Assembly (NCBI GenBank): GCA_021204175.1
Contig: JAJPZT010000040.1
Span: 1-21,113, forward strand
DNA length: 21,113 nucleotides
Direction: 5' to 3'
From: Clostridiales bacterium
GTDB taxonomy: Bacteria; Bacillota; Clostridia; Lachnospirales; CAG-274
Of this stretch, positions 1 through 8,898 are shown in pieces. Numbering within the stretch: the first letter of the stretch is position 1; the number at the start of each line of letters is the position of its first letter. The notes below the pieces were generated by a model. It ran no database searches, was not told the origin of the DNA, and saw nothing but the letters and a program-made list of their open reading frames with translations. A program made the position numbers and the translations under genes.

Positions 1-368
1 AGATTTATTATGAGCTTGACTGTTCCCGACAGAGTGGGAGCATAAACGTAAAACAAAATATCATATCTGACAATTTCGTCCTCTCTGTCCATACCTTTAA
101 TTATTTCATTCTCGTTTTGATGTGTGGCTTCGACAGAAATTTCAGGCTCACCCTCAATATATTTTTCTGCTATATCATTAGGATCGCAGTCTTTAAACTC
201 TTCCAAACAGTCCTTAAGAATGTGTGCCAAGAAAATTTTAATTGCCAATGTTCTCTTAACTTGCTCGTCATATTTTCTGTTATCATCATCTGTATAAGCG
301 TTTTTCGCCGCTTCGGTTAAAGCTTCCATAATTAACTGATTACCTTTCAAAACAATTTTCCAAAACAT
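1..368 (-). CDS. Partial CDS (5' part only, continues past window start): PD-(D/E)XK nuclease-family putative transposase-like protein
   Basis: Absent from the ORF track because there is no stop in the window. The reverse frame is open from ATG at 368 (GAGGA 5 nt upstream; alternative ATG at 329) to position 1. Translation: MFWKIVLKGNQLIMEALTEAAKNAYTDDDNRKYDEQVKRTLAIKIFLAHILKDCLEEFKDC...EIVRYDILFYVYAP..VKLIINL. The D...hhINxE pattern recalls PD-(D/E)XK transposase-like proteins of Firmicutes (recollection, not searched). Confidence 0.45.
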   Translation of the reverse strand, partial: MFWKIVLKGNQLIMEALTEAAKNAYTDDDNRKYDEQVKRTLAIKIFLAHILKDCLEEFKDCDPNDIAEKYIEGEPEISVEATHQNENEIIKGMDREDEIVRYDILFYVYAPTLSGTVKLIIN

Positions 369-383
369 CTTTTCCTCACTTAT

Positions 384-412
384 ATTTTATTACATTGAGA
401 AAAAAGTGTCAA
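384..412 (-). promoter_or_regulatory. Sigma-70-type promoter for the partial transposase-like gene
   Basis: On the minus strand: TTGACA (412-407), 17-nt spacer, TAAAAT (389-384), about 15 nt upstream of the GAGGA RBS. Confidence 0.5.
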
Positions 413-448
413 GGAAAATGAGCTTAGAAAATCAATAAATGCAGCTTT

Positions 449-1243
449 TTACATACCTCTGCACACGTCAATGCACTTTTCCATAGCGTCCATAACAGCC
501 CCTCTGAAGCCCTTTTCTTCAAGAGTCTTAACGGCGGCGATAGTCGTACCTGCCGGTGAGCAAACCATATCCTTAAGCTCCGCCGGGTGCTTGCCTGTTT
601 CCAAAACCATTTTCGCACTGCCGAAAACAGCCTGTGCGGCAAATTCATAGGCGGCGGCTCTCGCCATTCCACCGGCTACGGCTCCGTCAGCCATAGCTTC
701 TATAAGCATAAAAACATAAGCCGGCGAGCTGCCGCTGACGGCAACAACTGCGTCCATAACGCTTTCGCTGACAACCTCAGCCTTTCCGAAGCTTGAAAGT
801 ATTTTCAGAGCGTAGTCCATATCCTTGTCGGTTACGTACTTATTCTTGCAGACCCCTGTCATACCTTCGCCTACAAGAGCCGGTGTATTGGGCATTGTTC
901 TTATTATTTTAACCCTTCTTGCAAACTTTTCTTCAAGCCAGTTTAAAGTCTTTCCGGGGGCTATGGTTATAACAAGCTTATCCTCACTGACAAAATCTTT
1001 AATTTCATCAATAACCTCGCCGTAATACTGGGGCTTTACGGAAAGAACTATAACCTCCGAAAGCTTTACGCATTCCGTGTTGTCCCCTGTTGCAAAAACT
1101 CCGTATTTTTCCTTTGCCTTTTTCAGGCTTCCTTCGAATGAATCCGAGGCTATAATCTCCTCGGGCTTAAAAATTTCATTTTTTATAAGACCGCCCATAA
1201 TAGCTCCTGCCATATTTCCGCAGCCGATAAAACCTATTTTCAC
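449..1243 (-). CDS. proC: Pyrroline-5-carboxylate reductase
   Basis: 264 aa. N-terminal Rossmann motif MKIGFIGCGNMAG. Conserved P5CR C-terminal motifs (SPAGTT, MPNTPALVGEG). GTG start with AAGGTGA RBS. Confidence 0.93.
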   Translation of the reverse strand: MKIGFIGCGNMAGAIMGGLIKNEIFKPEEIIASDSFEGSLKKAKEKYGVFATGDNTECVKLSEVIVLSVKPQYYGEVIDEIKDFVSEDKLVITIAPGKTLNWLEEKFARRVKIIRTMPNTPALVGEGMTGVCKNKYVTDKDMDYALKILSSFGKAEVVSESVMDAVVAVSGSSPAYVFMLIEAMADGAVAGGMARAAAYEFAAQAVFGSAKMVLETGKHPAELKDMVCSPAGTTIAAVKTLEEKGFRGAVMDAMEKCIDVCRGM

Positions 1244-1249
1244 AATAAA

Positions 1250-2899
1250 TCACCTTAATCCTTTTATAAATCTGTCTCCAGCCGAAATTTCGGCTTCGTT
1301 TACATTAATAAACTCTTCAAAGCTTTCGCTGTCCGTCCCCTTAACCCTTGCTTCGGCATAAGGCGTAACAAGAATGTTTCCCCTGTTTTTTAGCCTGAGA
1401 CAAAGATCAGCCCCTGCACCAATAACCCCCATTCTTTCGTCAAAGCCCCCTACTGCCAAAAAGTCTCTTCGCTTAACCGCCAAAAAGCCGCCGCTTAAGC
1501 AGCTGACGTTCGAGACTATTTTAAGCCGTCTCAAGTAACCCACGCATTCCTTGGGAAGTCCCTTAAGATAAGTCTCAAGCCCAACATCCGGGTCAAGCCT
1601 GAAGCCCATAGCCTTAACTCTTCCCATTGTGTCAAGCAGCTTTCCCCCGACGCAGCCAACATCCTCAAAGGCACACAGAGAACTCATTTCTTCAATAAAG
1701 CCCGTCTCCGGCAAATAATTGCAGTCAAGAAAAATAATTATATCGCCTTCCGCTGCTCTTGCCCCTGTGTTTGCCGCTTCTGCAAAGCTGTATTCACCTT
1801 CGAGGTCAATGTTTTTAACCCCGTCGAATATATTATATCCTCCGACGGATATAATTTCAATATTACTATCTGACGAAAAATTCAAAATATAATTCAAATA
1901 TTTTTCATATTTTTTCTCACTGCCGTAAAAACAGACGACAATGGTTATCTTCTTTTCCGAATCTCTTTCAAACTTAATTCTGTAAGCGGATTCCGCCCCC
2001 TCAATATCAAAAATTTCGCATTTTACCCCCTTTTCCTCAATATGCTTTTTTATGGCATCCTTAGCCTTAACAAGGCAATAGTCCTTTGCTTCTATTCCCG
2101 AAGCTACCGACCCTTCGCAAATCCGCCAAAAATAAAGCACATAAGGAAGGTGACTGATCCGCTGAGCTCGTCCGCTGAGCCTTAAAACCAAATCATAATC
2201 CTGACTGCCGTCAAATTCAGACCTTAAGCCGCCAACGGCATCAAAAAGCTGTCTTTTAACCACGCACATATGTCCGATATAATTTATTCCCAAAAGTGTA
2301 AAGGCGCTGAAGCCGGGCTTAACTGTTACCGCCTTTATGTTGTTTCTGTCCTCAAAAAAATTAGCCTCGTCGGAGTATAAAAAGTCTGCGCCGCTTTTCT
2401 CGATTTCCTCCGCAGCTCTGAAGAGAGCGTCCTCTCTTAAAAGGTCATCGTGATCCAAAAATACTATGTAATCTCCCCGTGAGGCTTTCACACCGTGATT
2501 TGTGTTTCCCGAAATGCCTAAATTAGCTCCCAAACGGCGATATTTTACCCTTTCGTCAGCCCTTGCATATTTCATTGCCGTCTCCTCGGCTTTAGTATAT
2601 GAAAGAGGGCTTCCGTCAACAAGCAGAAGCTCCCACCTGCCGTAGGTCTGACCGATAACGGATTTTATCATTTCTTCAAGATATTTTTCGTTTGAGTTAT
2701 AAAGAGGGACAACCACACTGAAAAGAATGTTTTTAACAAACCTTGCTTTCCTTTGAAGGTCAAGCTCTTCCTCTGTGGGCAGATTTTCAAGGAAATATTC
2801 TTTGCCCCGCTTTTTATATATCTCATACTCATATACCTTGGCAAGGGTTTTCTTTATTCCGTTTTTCTTTAAATAATTTTTTACTCTTTTAATTATCAT
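1250..2899 (-). CDS. Large family-2 glycosyltransferase with two GT2-like domains
   Basis: 549 aa. First domain: FSVVVPLYNS...DYIVFLDHDD (GT-A DxD). Second region: ITIVVCFYG...GDIIIFLDCN. Immediately upstream of proC on the same strand. Confidence 0.85.
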   Translation of the reverse strand: MIIKRVKNYLKKNGIKKTLAKVYEYEIYKKRGKEYFLENLPTEEELDLQRKARFVKNILFSVVVPLYNSNEKYLEEMIKSVIGQTYGRWELLLVDGSPLSYTKAEETAMKYARADERVKYRRLGANLGISGNTNHGVKASRGDYIVFLDHDDLLREDALFRAAEEIEKSGADFLYSDEANFFEDRNNIKAVTVKPGFSAFTLLGINYIGHMCVVKRQLFDAVGGLRSEFDGSQDYDLVLRLSGRAQRISHLPYVLYFWRICEGSVASGIEAKDYCLVKAKDAIKKHIEEKGVKCEIFDIEGAESAYRIKFERDSEKKITIVVCFYGSEKKYEKYLNYILNFSSDSNIEIISVGGYNIFDGVKNIDLEGEYSFAEAANTGARAAEGDIIIFLDCNYLPETGFIEEMSSLCAFEDVGCVGGKLLDTMGRVKAMGFRLDPDVGLETYLKGLPKECVGYLRRLKIVSNVSCLSGGFLAVKRRDFLAVGGFDERMGVIGAGADLCLRLKNRGNILVTPYAEARVKGTDSESFEEFINVNEAEISAGDRFIKGLR

Positions 2900-2929
2900 A
2901 ATACCGCCGTATGTACTTAAAAATTATTT

Positions 2930-3793
2930 TCACCGTCCGCCCGAAAGTCTGTGCCTTAAAAGGGTCACAGTGCATTTTAAGCCAATGGCGGCGTGAAAAA
3001 ACAAAGTACCTGCCCTTCCGTGTTTCCTGTTGTAATATTTGTCATAAACATATGTAATTCCGTCATAAAAGCTTTTTATGCTGTCGGTTTTCTTGGTGTA
3101 AAGACCGCTTCTGCCCTTTAAGTGTATCATATGAATATCACCCTTATAGACAATTTTAAGCCCCAAAAGCTCTATTCTGCGGCACAGGTCTATATCCTCG
3201 CCGTGCATAAAAATATTTTCGTCAAAGCCTCCTGTTTTTAAAAACACCTCCCCGGGCATAAGCATAAACGCCCCCGACACACATTCCACCTGGGCGGTTT
3301 CTTCCTCAGAAATATAGGTCATTCTGTAGCCGCCTATTTTTTTGCTTTTCGGAAAAAGCCTGTCAAGGTGAGAAAAGTAACAGAATGCCCTGAATGGAGT
3401 GGGAAAACCCCTTTTGCAGCCGTGGTCAAAGCTTCCGTCCTCCAACAGGGTTCTTATGCCCAAACAGCCGATGTCGGGGTTCTTCCGCATAAAGTCCACC
3501 GCTTTAATAATGGCGTTGTCCTTTAAAACTGTGTCTGAATTGAGAAAAAGTATGAAGTCTCCCTCAGCTCTTCTTGCTCCGAAGTTTGAAGCTGCTCCGA
3601 AACCCCTGTTGGGAAGCCCCTTAAACACCTTTACTCTTTCATCATCTGAGGAAAAAACCTCTTCCTTAACAGATGAATTGTCGCAGATAATAACCTCGCA
3701 CTTAAGGTCTCCCGATGTTTCGAAAAATGCCTGTATAGTCTGAGTGCAAAGGTCTTTTGTGTTGAAATTTACTATTACCGCCGATAAATCCAT
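2930..3793 (-). CDS. Family-2 glycosyltransferase
   Basis: Track ORF 2930..3904. Preferred start is ATG at 3793 (MDLSAVIVNFNT...) with GGAG 5 nt upstream; the 3904 start is TTG without an RBS. GT-A motifs: VIICDNSS, DFILFLNSD. Confidence 0.85.
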   Translation of the reverse strand: MDLSAVIVNFNTKDLCTQTIQAFFETSGDLKCEVIICDNSSVKEEVFSSDDERVKVFKGLPNRGFGAASNFGARRAEGDFILFLNSDTVLKDNAIIKAVDFMRKNPDIGCLGIRTLLEDGSFDHGCKRGFPTPFRAFCYFSHLDRLFPKSKKIGGYRMTYISEEETAQVECVSGAFMLMPGEVFLKTGGFDENIFMHGEDIDLCRRIELLGLKIVYKGDIHMIHLKGRSGLYTKKTDSIKSFYDGITYVYDKYYNRKHGRAGTLFFHAAIGLKCTVTLLRHRLSGGR

Positions 3794-3983
3794 AAAAACT
3801 CCATATCCGCAGGAAAGGCGAAGTCCCCTGCATAAAATATTTCTTTCGGAAAAGACGAAGTCCTCCGATAAAACAATCTTACCCTTAAAGCTAATATTTG
3901 TCAATTACCCCTTTGACGCAAATTCCGCCAAAAATTTTTATAAAGCCACCAAGAAAAAATTCCGACGGCTTTAGGTTTCCTTG

Positions 3984-4778
3984 TTAAAGCTTAATCGTTT
4001 CTCCCGGCTTTATTTCAACAGGCTCTTCATCGACCGAAAAGGTCAGCTTAAGCGCTGTGGGGTTATAAACAATTGAGCAGTCGGCTGAAAATCTCAGCGC
4101 CTTAAGGGCGTTCATATAATCCACAAACTCAATGTTTGTGCAGTACCAAATGTCAGGCTTGCCAGACATCATTTTGCAGAACTCCTCTATAGGCTCCCAG
4201 TTATTGTCTCTGTCAAATTCGTAGCTGTGACCCCAAACGTACATAAGGTGAGGGCGGTTCTTATAGGGCTGTTCCAAAAATGCCTTGCCCAAAGCCAACA
4301 AATCCTGATTGTGGTGGCAAGTGCCCTCCCAGCGCAAAAAGTCTTTGGGGATTTTGAAATCGTGTGTTGTTTCCACTGCACGGCAGTATTCTATTCCGCA
4401 GCTTTTAAGAATAGCCACAACCCTGTCGTCATAAAGTCCGTTGGGGTAGCTCATACCTCTGACAGGGTAGCCTACAAGGCTTTCCAAGCCCTCTCTGTCT
4501 CTCATAACCTCTCTGACAATGTTCTCCGAGGGGGAAATCGAAAGAGACTGGTGTGTCAAGCCGTGAGCCGACACCTCGTGACCCTTATATAACTCCGCAA
4601 GCTCCTCAGCTTCAATTCTCTCGGGTCGGGGCAGAAGCCCGTAGTTTACGTGAAAAGTGCCTCTTATTCCGTACTTGTTGAATATGGAAACAAGTCTGCG
4701 GTCGGGGGTTTTTCCGTCGTCATAGCTCATTGTAAGAGCCTTTCGTGTGTTGTTGGGAAAACGGTCAAAATTAATCAT
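3984..4778 (-). CDS. Polysaccharide deacetylase (NodB-type carbohydrate esterase family)
   Basis: Track ORF 3984..4814. Preferred start is ATG at 4778 (MINFDRFPNN) preceded by AAGGAGG. NodB-like motifs: LTMSYDDG, HGLTH, YPNG. Confidence 0.8.
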   Translation of the reverse strand: MINFDRFPNNTRKALTMSYDDGKTPDRRLVSIFNKYGIRGTFHVNYGLLPRPERIEAEELAELYKGHEVSAHGLTHQSLSISPSENIVREVMRDREGLESLVGYPVRGMSYPNGLYDDRVVAILKSCGIEYCRAVETTHDFKIPKDFLRWEGTCHHNQDLLALGKAFLEQPYKNRPHLMYVWGHSYEFDRDNNWEPIEEFCKMMSGKPDIWYCTNIEFVDYMNALKALRFSADCSIVYNPTALKLTFSVDEEPVEIKPGETIKL

Positions 4779-4958
4779 AAAATACCTCCTTAAAAATATT
4801 TTGTCTTTCTTCAATTATAAGGTTTTGAGGGAAATTTTTCAATAAGAACAGGTCGAAATTTTTTCAAATATAAGCGACCTGTTTTTGCAAAATATACAGC
4901 TTCTCTGTGATAAGCTTTAAAGAACATATACTATATTACATATGAGGAGCTGTTGAAG

Positions 4959-6143
4959 ATGAAAAACGAACTTAAGACAAACATAAAACAGATCGGCTCG
5001 ATACCCAAGGGCAACGCCGTCTACATTGAGGACTATGTTATGACCTTTATAAAATATATGGAGGAACGCCGGGTCTGTGATGAGCTGATTTTTCTGCTTT
5101 TGGGCAAAACCTCTGAGCAGGATGGGGGGGAAGCCCTTTTTATAAGCGGAGCGGTTGAGGGGACTGACCTCACTAAAAAAGGCTCAATCAGCGTGTTTTC
5201 TCCCACAGGGTGGGAAGAAGCAATTAAGCGGAAGGACAAGTTCTTTCCCGACCTTGAAATTGTCGGGTGGGCATACGTTCAGCCGGGCTACGGCGATTTT
5301 CTGAACGAAAGCCACACAGCCTATCACTTGGACACATTCAAAAAGCCCTTTCAGGTGCTTTATATAACCGACCCATTGGATAAGTCTCAGGTTTTCTACC
5401 GCAAAAGGGGCAAGGCGGAAGAGCTTATGCCCATAAACGGCTATTACATATATTATGACAAAAACGAGCCTATGCACGAATATTTGTTAGAGGTGAAAAA
5501 GGAAGCGGCTCTGACCGAGCCTAAAAAGGAAAATTTGACGGAAGAGGTGGACAGCCTGATCGGGGCAAAGCTGCGGCGGAGAAAAATAAACCAAAAGTCA
5601 CCCTTTAATTTTTCGCTGCCCTCACTGCCTAAAATAATAAGGGACACTAAGGAACAGGAAACAACAGATACCGGGGAAGAAGCAGAGGGCAAGGCAGTTC
5701 CTCTTTTGGGCTATTTAAGCTTTGCACTTCTGTTTGTGACGGTTATAATCGGCGGAGGACTTCTGAAAAGCAATTCCAGAATAGAATATCTGGAAAAACA
5801 GGTTGGGTCGCTGGGGAAAAACTATATTGCTTTGAGGGAGAATGTTGAAAATACGGAGAAGTCAATAGAGGTGTTTGCTCAGGCGGAGGAAGCCGCCGAG
5901 CCTATGACCGAAGCCGTGACGGAAAAGCCAACGGAAGCAGTGACCGAAGCCGCCGAAACAGCACAGACAGCACAGGCACAGCCCGAATACAGAGAATATA
6001 CCGTTCAGTCGGGAGATACTCTTTTATATCTTTCGAGATATTTCTACGGAACAGAGGACAGAGTAAGGGATATTATGGCGGCTAATAATATGACAGACGC
6101 AGATAAGCTTATAGAGGGGAAAAGTATAAAAATTCCTCAATAA
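4959..6143 (+). CDS. LysM domain-containing single-pass membrane protein
   Basis: C-terminal LysM repeat (YTVQSGDTLLYLSRYFYG...GKSIKIP). Central TM segment (LLGYLSFALLFVTVIIGGGLL). Low-complexity TEAV/AE linker. ATG at 4959 lies 9 nt after GAGGAG (track start TTG at 4953). N-terminal ~170 aa domain unassigned. Confidence 0.8.
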   Translation: MKNELKTNIKQIGSIPKGNAVYIEDYVMTFIKYMEERRVCDELIFLLLGKTSEQDGGEALFISGAVEGTDLTKKGSISVFSPTGWEEAIKRKDKFFPDLEIVGWAYVQPGYGDFLNESHTAYHLDTFKKPFQVLYITDPLDKSQVFYRKRGKAEELMPINGYYIYYDKNEPMHEYLLEVKKEAALTEPKKENLTEEVDSLIGAKLRRRKINQKSPFNFSLPSLPKIIRDTKEQETTDTGEEAEGKAVPLLGYLSFALLFVTVIIGGGLLKSNSRIEYLEKQVGSLGKNYIALRENVENTEKSIEVFAQAEEAAEPMTEAVTEKPTEAVTEAAETAQTAQAQPEYREYTVQSGDTLLYLSRYFYGTEDRVRDIMAANNMTDADKLIEGKSIKIPQ

Positions 6144-6198
6144 ATAATGGCAATTAATGGAAAAACAGTTGACAATTTCCTTAAAATGTGATACTATT

Positions 6199-6241
6199 AA
6201 TATAGCTTTTTGAACGACAGGTTTTAAAAGCTATATTTTTT
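6199..6241 (+). terminator. Rho-independent terminator after the LysM gene
   Basis: aatatagctttt (6199-6210) pairs with aaaagctatatt (6226-6237), followed by a T-run. Confidence 0.6.
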
Positions 6242-6302
6242 GCCTTTATGGTTGCAAAAATGAAACCGATTCAAAAAAATAAAATTCAAACGGGGGATAA
6301 CT

Positions 6303-6746
6303 ATGACAAGACAGGAAGCAGTCAGGAGACTTAAAAACTGGGGCGGTTATATTCAGATTATCAACGGAATTGAAGAGGAAATAAGAGAGATGAGGCTGAA
6401 TATAGAGCATAACCGTCATCTTAGGGCAGTGAGCTTTGACGGTATGCCCAAAGGTTCGGGAATACATAAGCCCACAGAGGAAACCGCAGTTAAAAATATA
6501 ACCCTTCTTCAGGAGGATATAGCTGCGGCTGAAGACAGAATAAGAGCCGAAAGAGACAGAAAAGCCGAGGTTGACGGCTTTGTGGGAAGCCTTGACAGGC
6601 TTGAACAGAAAATTTTAAGGCTCAGATATATTAAAAAGAAAACCTGGCAGTATATTTCTATGAATGTTTATTTGAGCCTGAGACAGTGCTACAGAGTGCA
6701 TAACAAAATTTTGGAGCTGATGTGTGAAAAATTTGATGAGCAATAA
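6303..6746 (+). CDS. ArpU/RinA-like transcriptional regulator (sigma-70 region-4-type HTH)
   Basis: 147 aa. C-terminus LEQKILRLRYIKKKTWQYISMNVYLSLRQCYRVHNKILELM looks like a sigma region-4 HTH. The N-terminal coiled-coil-like region is typical of phage-type late regulators. GGGGGA RBS. Confidence 0.55.
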   Translation: MTRQEAVRRLKNWGGYIQIINGIEEEIREMRLNIEHNRHLRAVSFDGMPKGSGIHKPTEETAVKNITLLQEDIAAAEDRIRAERDRKAEVDGFVGSLDRLEQKILRLRYIKKKTWQYISMNVYLSLRQCYRVHNKILELMCEKFDEQ

Positions 6747-6835
6747 AAAAAGTTGACAAAAAATTATTTTTAAAGTAAACTTATAATCAAGATTAAAACT
6801 GAAAGCATTTGTTGAATATATGATGGGAGACAGCA

Positions 6836-7574
6836 ATGGGACGAAAAATAAAAAACATACTTAAATTTGTAATTTTGCCTTTATTTATACTTTATGTGAT
6901 TTTGACCTTTTTCCCCGTTGCTGACCCTTTTAATGTTTTTATGGCAAGAATTACCGCACACAAATATATGAAGGATACATATAATCAAGATATTTCAATT
7001 CGTGAGACTGAAGGCAATTTAGCAACATATATAAAACCACGGGGCTTATGTCAAAGTATATTGCAGCTTAAAAGAATATCCGGATTTTGACTTTGTAATA
7101 TCTGTGAACAGGGGAAGCTTTTCCGTTCGGAGCTGCTCATATGCCGAAAATGCGTTCGAATATGCTGCAGCAAGATATATTTATAAGCCTTTGGAGAATG
7201 CCTTCGGCGAACAGGTCAATATTAATTACGAATGGATATATCCGCCGGATAAAAATTCATTTAACGCTTTCAGTGACTTTAACTCAGAAGCTCTTAAAGG
7301 CAGAGATATAAACGATGTTTCCATAAACGATTTTGAAGGCATTATAGAGGGCTGTGAAATAAATGTTTATGCAAACACTCTGTCTGGAGAATATGAGCCC
7401 GATTCTCAAAAAATATATGATTTTGCGGAATACTATAAAAGCATTCTGCCGGGTAAGGACTGTAACTTTACAATCAGACTTAAAACAAAGGACGGTCTTT
7501 CATCAAAAGAGGTTTCATTTTCATTAAATGAAATAAACAGTCCCTTGGATATTGAAGCTATTACAGGTGCATAA
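6836..7574 (+). pseudogene. Frameshifted gene for an N-terminally anchored protein (track ORFs 6836..7090 and 7104..7574 are one gene)
   Basis: The frame of ORF 7104 is already open from 7035. There it reads NHGAYVKVYCSLKEYPDFDFVISVNRGSFSVRS, continuing naturally from ...RETEGNLATYIK of the first ORF. A 1-nt indel near the A4/G4 runs at 7033-7044 would fuse them. N-terminal TM (ILKFVILPLFILYVILTFF). The overall pattern resembles DUF3139-like proteins (tentative). Confidence 0.6.
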
Positions 7575-7576
7575 AA

Positions 7577-7623
7577 AACCTCTTTGCAAGCTTTATTAAA
7601 AAAGCCGGCAGAGAGGTTTTTTG
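7577..7623 (+). terminator. Terminator between convergent genes
   Basis: aacctctttgc (7577-7587) pairs with gcagagaggtt (7608-7618) with one mismatch, followed by TTTTTT. Confidence 0.55.
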
Positions 7624-7711
7624 GTTTTCAGGCATAAAGACCACGCCTGTAAAATATAATATTTAAAGACATAAGAGAACGGGTGGTTTTCTTATGTTTC
7701 CTACAGTTTTA

Positions 7712-8038
7712 TCAAACGGCGTTATGAGTGAAGCCGGCAATTTTACAAATAGGGATTTCGGTGACGCTGCCTACCCAGCCGTTACAGCAGCAGCCTTTTC
7801 CGCCGCCTCTGTTATTGGGAAAGCCCGAAAAGCCATTGTTTCTGCTGCCTGTGCAGCTGCTGCCCAAGGGACAGGTGGGTGGTTGACCGAAATCGGTAAT
7901 AAGCTTAATTGTGCAGTCGGTAACAGATGCCAAAACTCCGGTGAAGCCCTCGCCGGAAAGTCCTCCGCTTGTTGTAAAAACAGTTACTGTCTGACCTATA
8001 AATTTTCTAATGCTTTCAACAAGTGAACATTCATGCAT
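7712..8038 (-). CDS. Small Cys/Gly-rich protein of unknown function
   Basis: 108 aa. GGGAGG RBS 8 nt upstream of ATG on the minus strand. The N-terminal half (IGQTVTVFTTSGGLSGEGFTGVLASVTDCTIKLIT) is Sm/DUF2642-like by eye. The C-terminal half is rich in C, G and N (GGGKGCCCNGW). The overlapping plus-strand ORF 7694..8026 lacks an RBS. Confidence 0.6.
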   Translation of the reverse strand: MHECSLVESIRKFIGQTVTVFTTSGGLSGEGFTGVLASVTDCTIKLITDFGQPPTCPLGSSCTGSRNNGFSGFPNNRGGGKGCCCNGWVGSVTEIPICKIAGFTHNAV

Positions 8039-8151
8039 TCTGTTTTCCTCCCTTCGTCTTTTTTATAGTACATACTATGGCGAAGGGAGGAATTTTGTTA
8101 CAAGATACTTTAGACTTGCCGCAAAAAAATATATACGTTTTTGCGAAATAT

Positions 8152-8898
8152 TTAGATAAAACCGCCGTCGGCTCTTATAATTTGTCCGTTTATATATGAG
8201 GCTTTATCCGATGCCAAAAAGCGTACAAGCTCCCCAATTTCCTTGGGTGAGCCGAACCGCATTAAGGGAATTTCCTCCGCAAGTTCATTTTTTTCCTCAG
8301 CCGAAAGAAAGCCGTTCATTTCCGTCTCGATACAGCCGCAGCTGACGGCGTTTGTTCTTATTCCGCAGGGACCTAATTCCTTGGCAAGGGCTTTTGTGAA
8401 GGAGTCAACAGCTCCCTTTGAAGCGGAATAAACCGCTTCGCATGAAGCCCCGGACTGACCCCACATTGAAGAAATGTTAATAATTACGCCCTTTTTTTGT
8501 GAAATCATATGGGGAAGAACCGCTTTCGTAAGGTTAAACATTCCGAAAACGTTTACGTCAAAAAGCCACTTCCAGTCTTTATCGGGCATATCCTGAAAAA
8601 GCCCTCTTAAGCTTATTCCGGCGTTGTTTATGAGAATATCCACACCGCCGAATTTATTATTTATTTCATCAACCGCCGAATTTACGGCATTGATGTCTGC
8701 AACATCGAACTGAAACCCCGCTGAATTTGGGCTTGTTTTCTTTATTTTCTCCAAAACCTCATTCATTTTATCTACATTATTTACGCAGTTTAGAATTACG
8801 TTATATTCGGGAGCGGCAAAGCTTTCAGCTATCGCCCTTCCTATTCCCCTTGATGAACCTGTTATTAAAACAGCCTTTTTTGAATTATCCCACTTCAA
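8152..8898 (-). CDS. Short-chain dehydrogenase/reductase (FabG-like oxidoreductase)
   Basis: 248 aa. TGSSRGIG cofactor motif, NNAG, and catalytic S...YSASK. Confidence 0.88.
   Translation of the reverse strand: MKWDNSKKAVLITGSSRGIGRAIAESFAAPEYNVILNCVNNVDKMNEVLEKIKKTSPNSAGFQFDVADINAVNSAVDEINNKFGGVDILINNAGISLRGLFQDMPDKDWKWLFDVNVFGMFNLTKAVLPHMISQKKGVIINISSMWGQSGASCEAVYSASKGAVDSFTKALAKELGPCGIRTNAVSCGCIETEMNGFLSAEEKNELAEEIPLMRFGSPKEIGELVRFLASDKASYINGQIIRADGGFI

Noticed and set aside
587-1361. Plus-strand ORFs 587..796, 825..1025 and 1077..1361 overlapping proC and the glycosyltransferase
   Set aside because: They are antisense shadows of strongly supported minus-strand genes. They have Leu/Ser/Phe-rich low-complexity translations and no RBS.
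3399-3974. Plus-strand ORFs 3399..3743 and 3744..3974, and the TTG start at 3904 for the GT2 gene
   Set aside because: The ORFs are antisense to the GT2 gene. The 37-codon N-terminal extension from 3904 has no RBS, whereas ATG at 3793 has GGAG and begins exactly at the GT-A fold (MDLSAVIVNFNT).
6753-6787. TTGACA (6753-6758) and TATAAT (6782-6787) upstream of gene 6836
   Set aside because: The spacer is 23 nt, too long for a canonical sigma-70 promoter, so it is not called.
7694-8026. Plus-strand ORF of 110 aa overlapping the Cys-rich gene
   Set aside because: It has no RBS and an Ala-rich shadow-like sequence. The minus-strand ORF has a GGGAGG RBS at ideal spacing.
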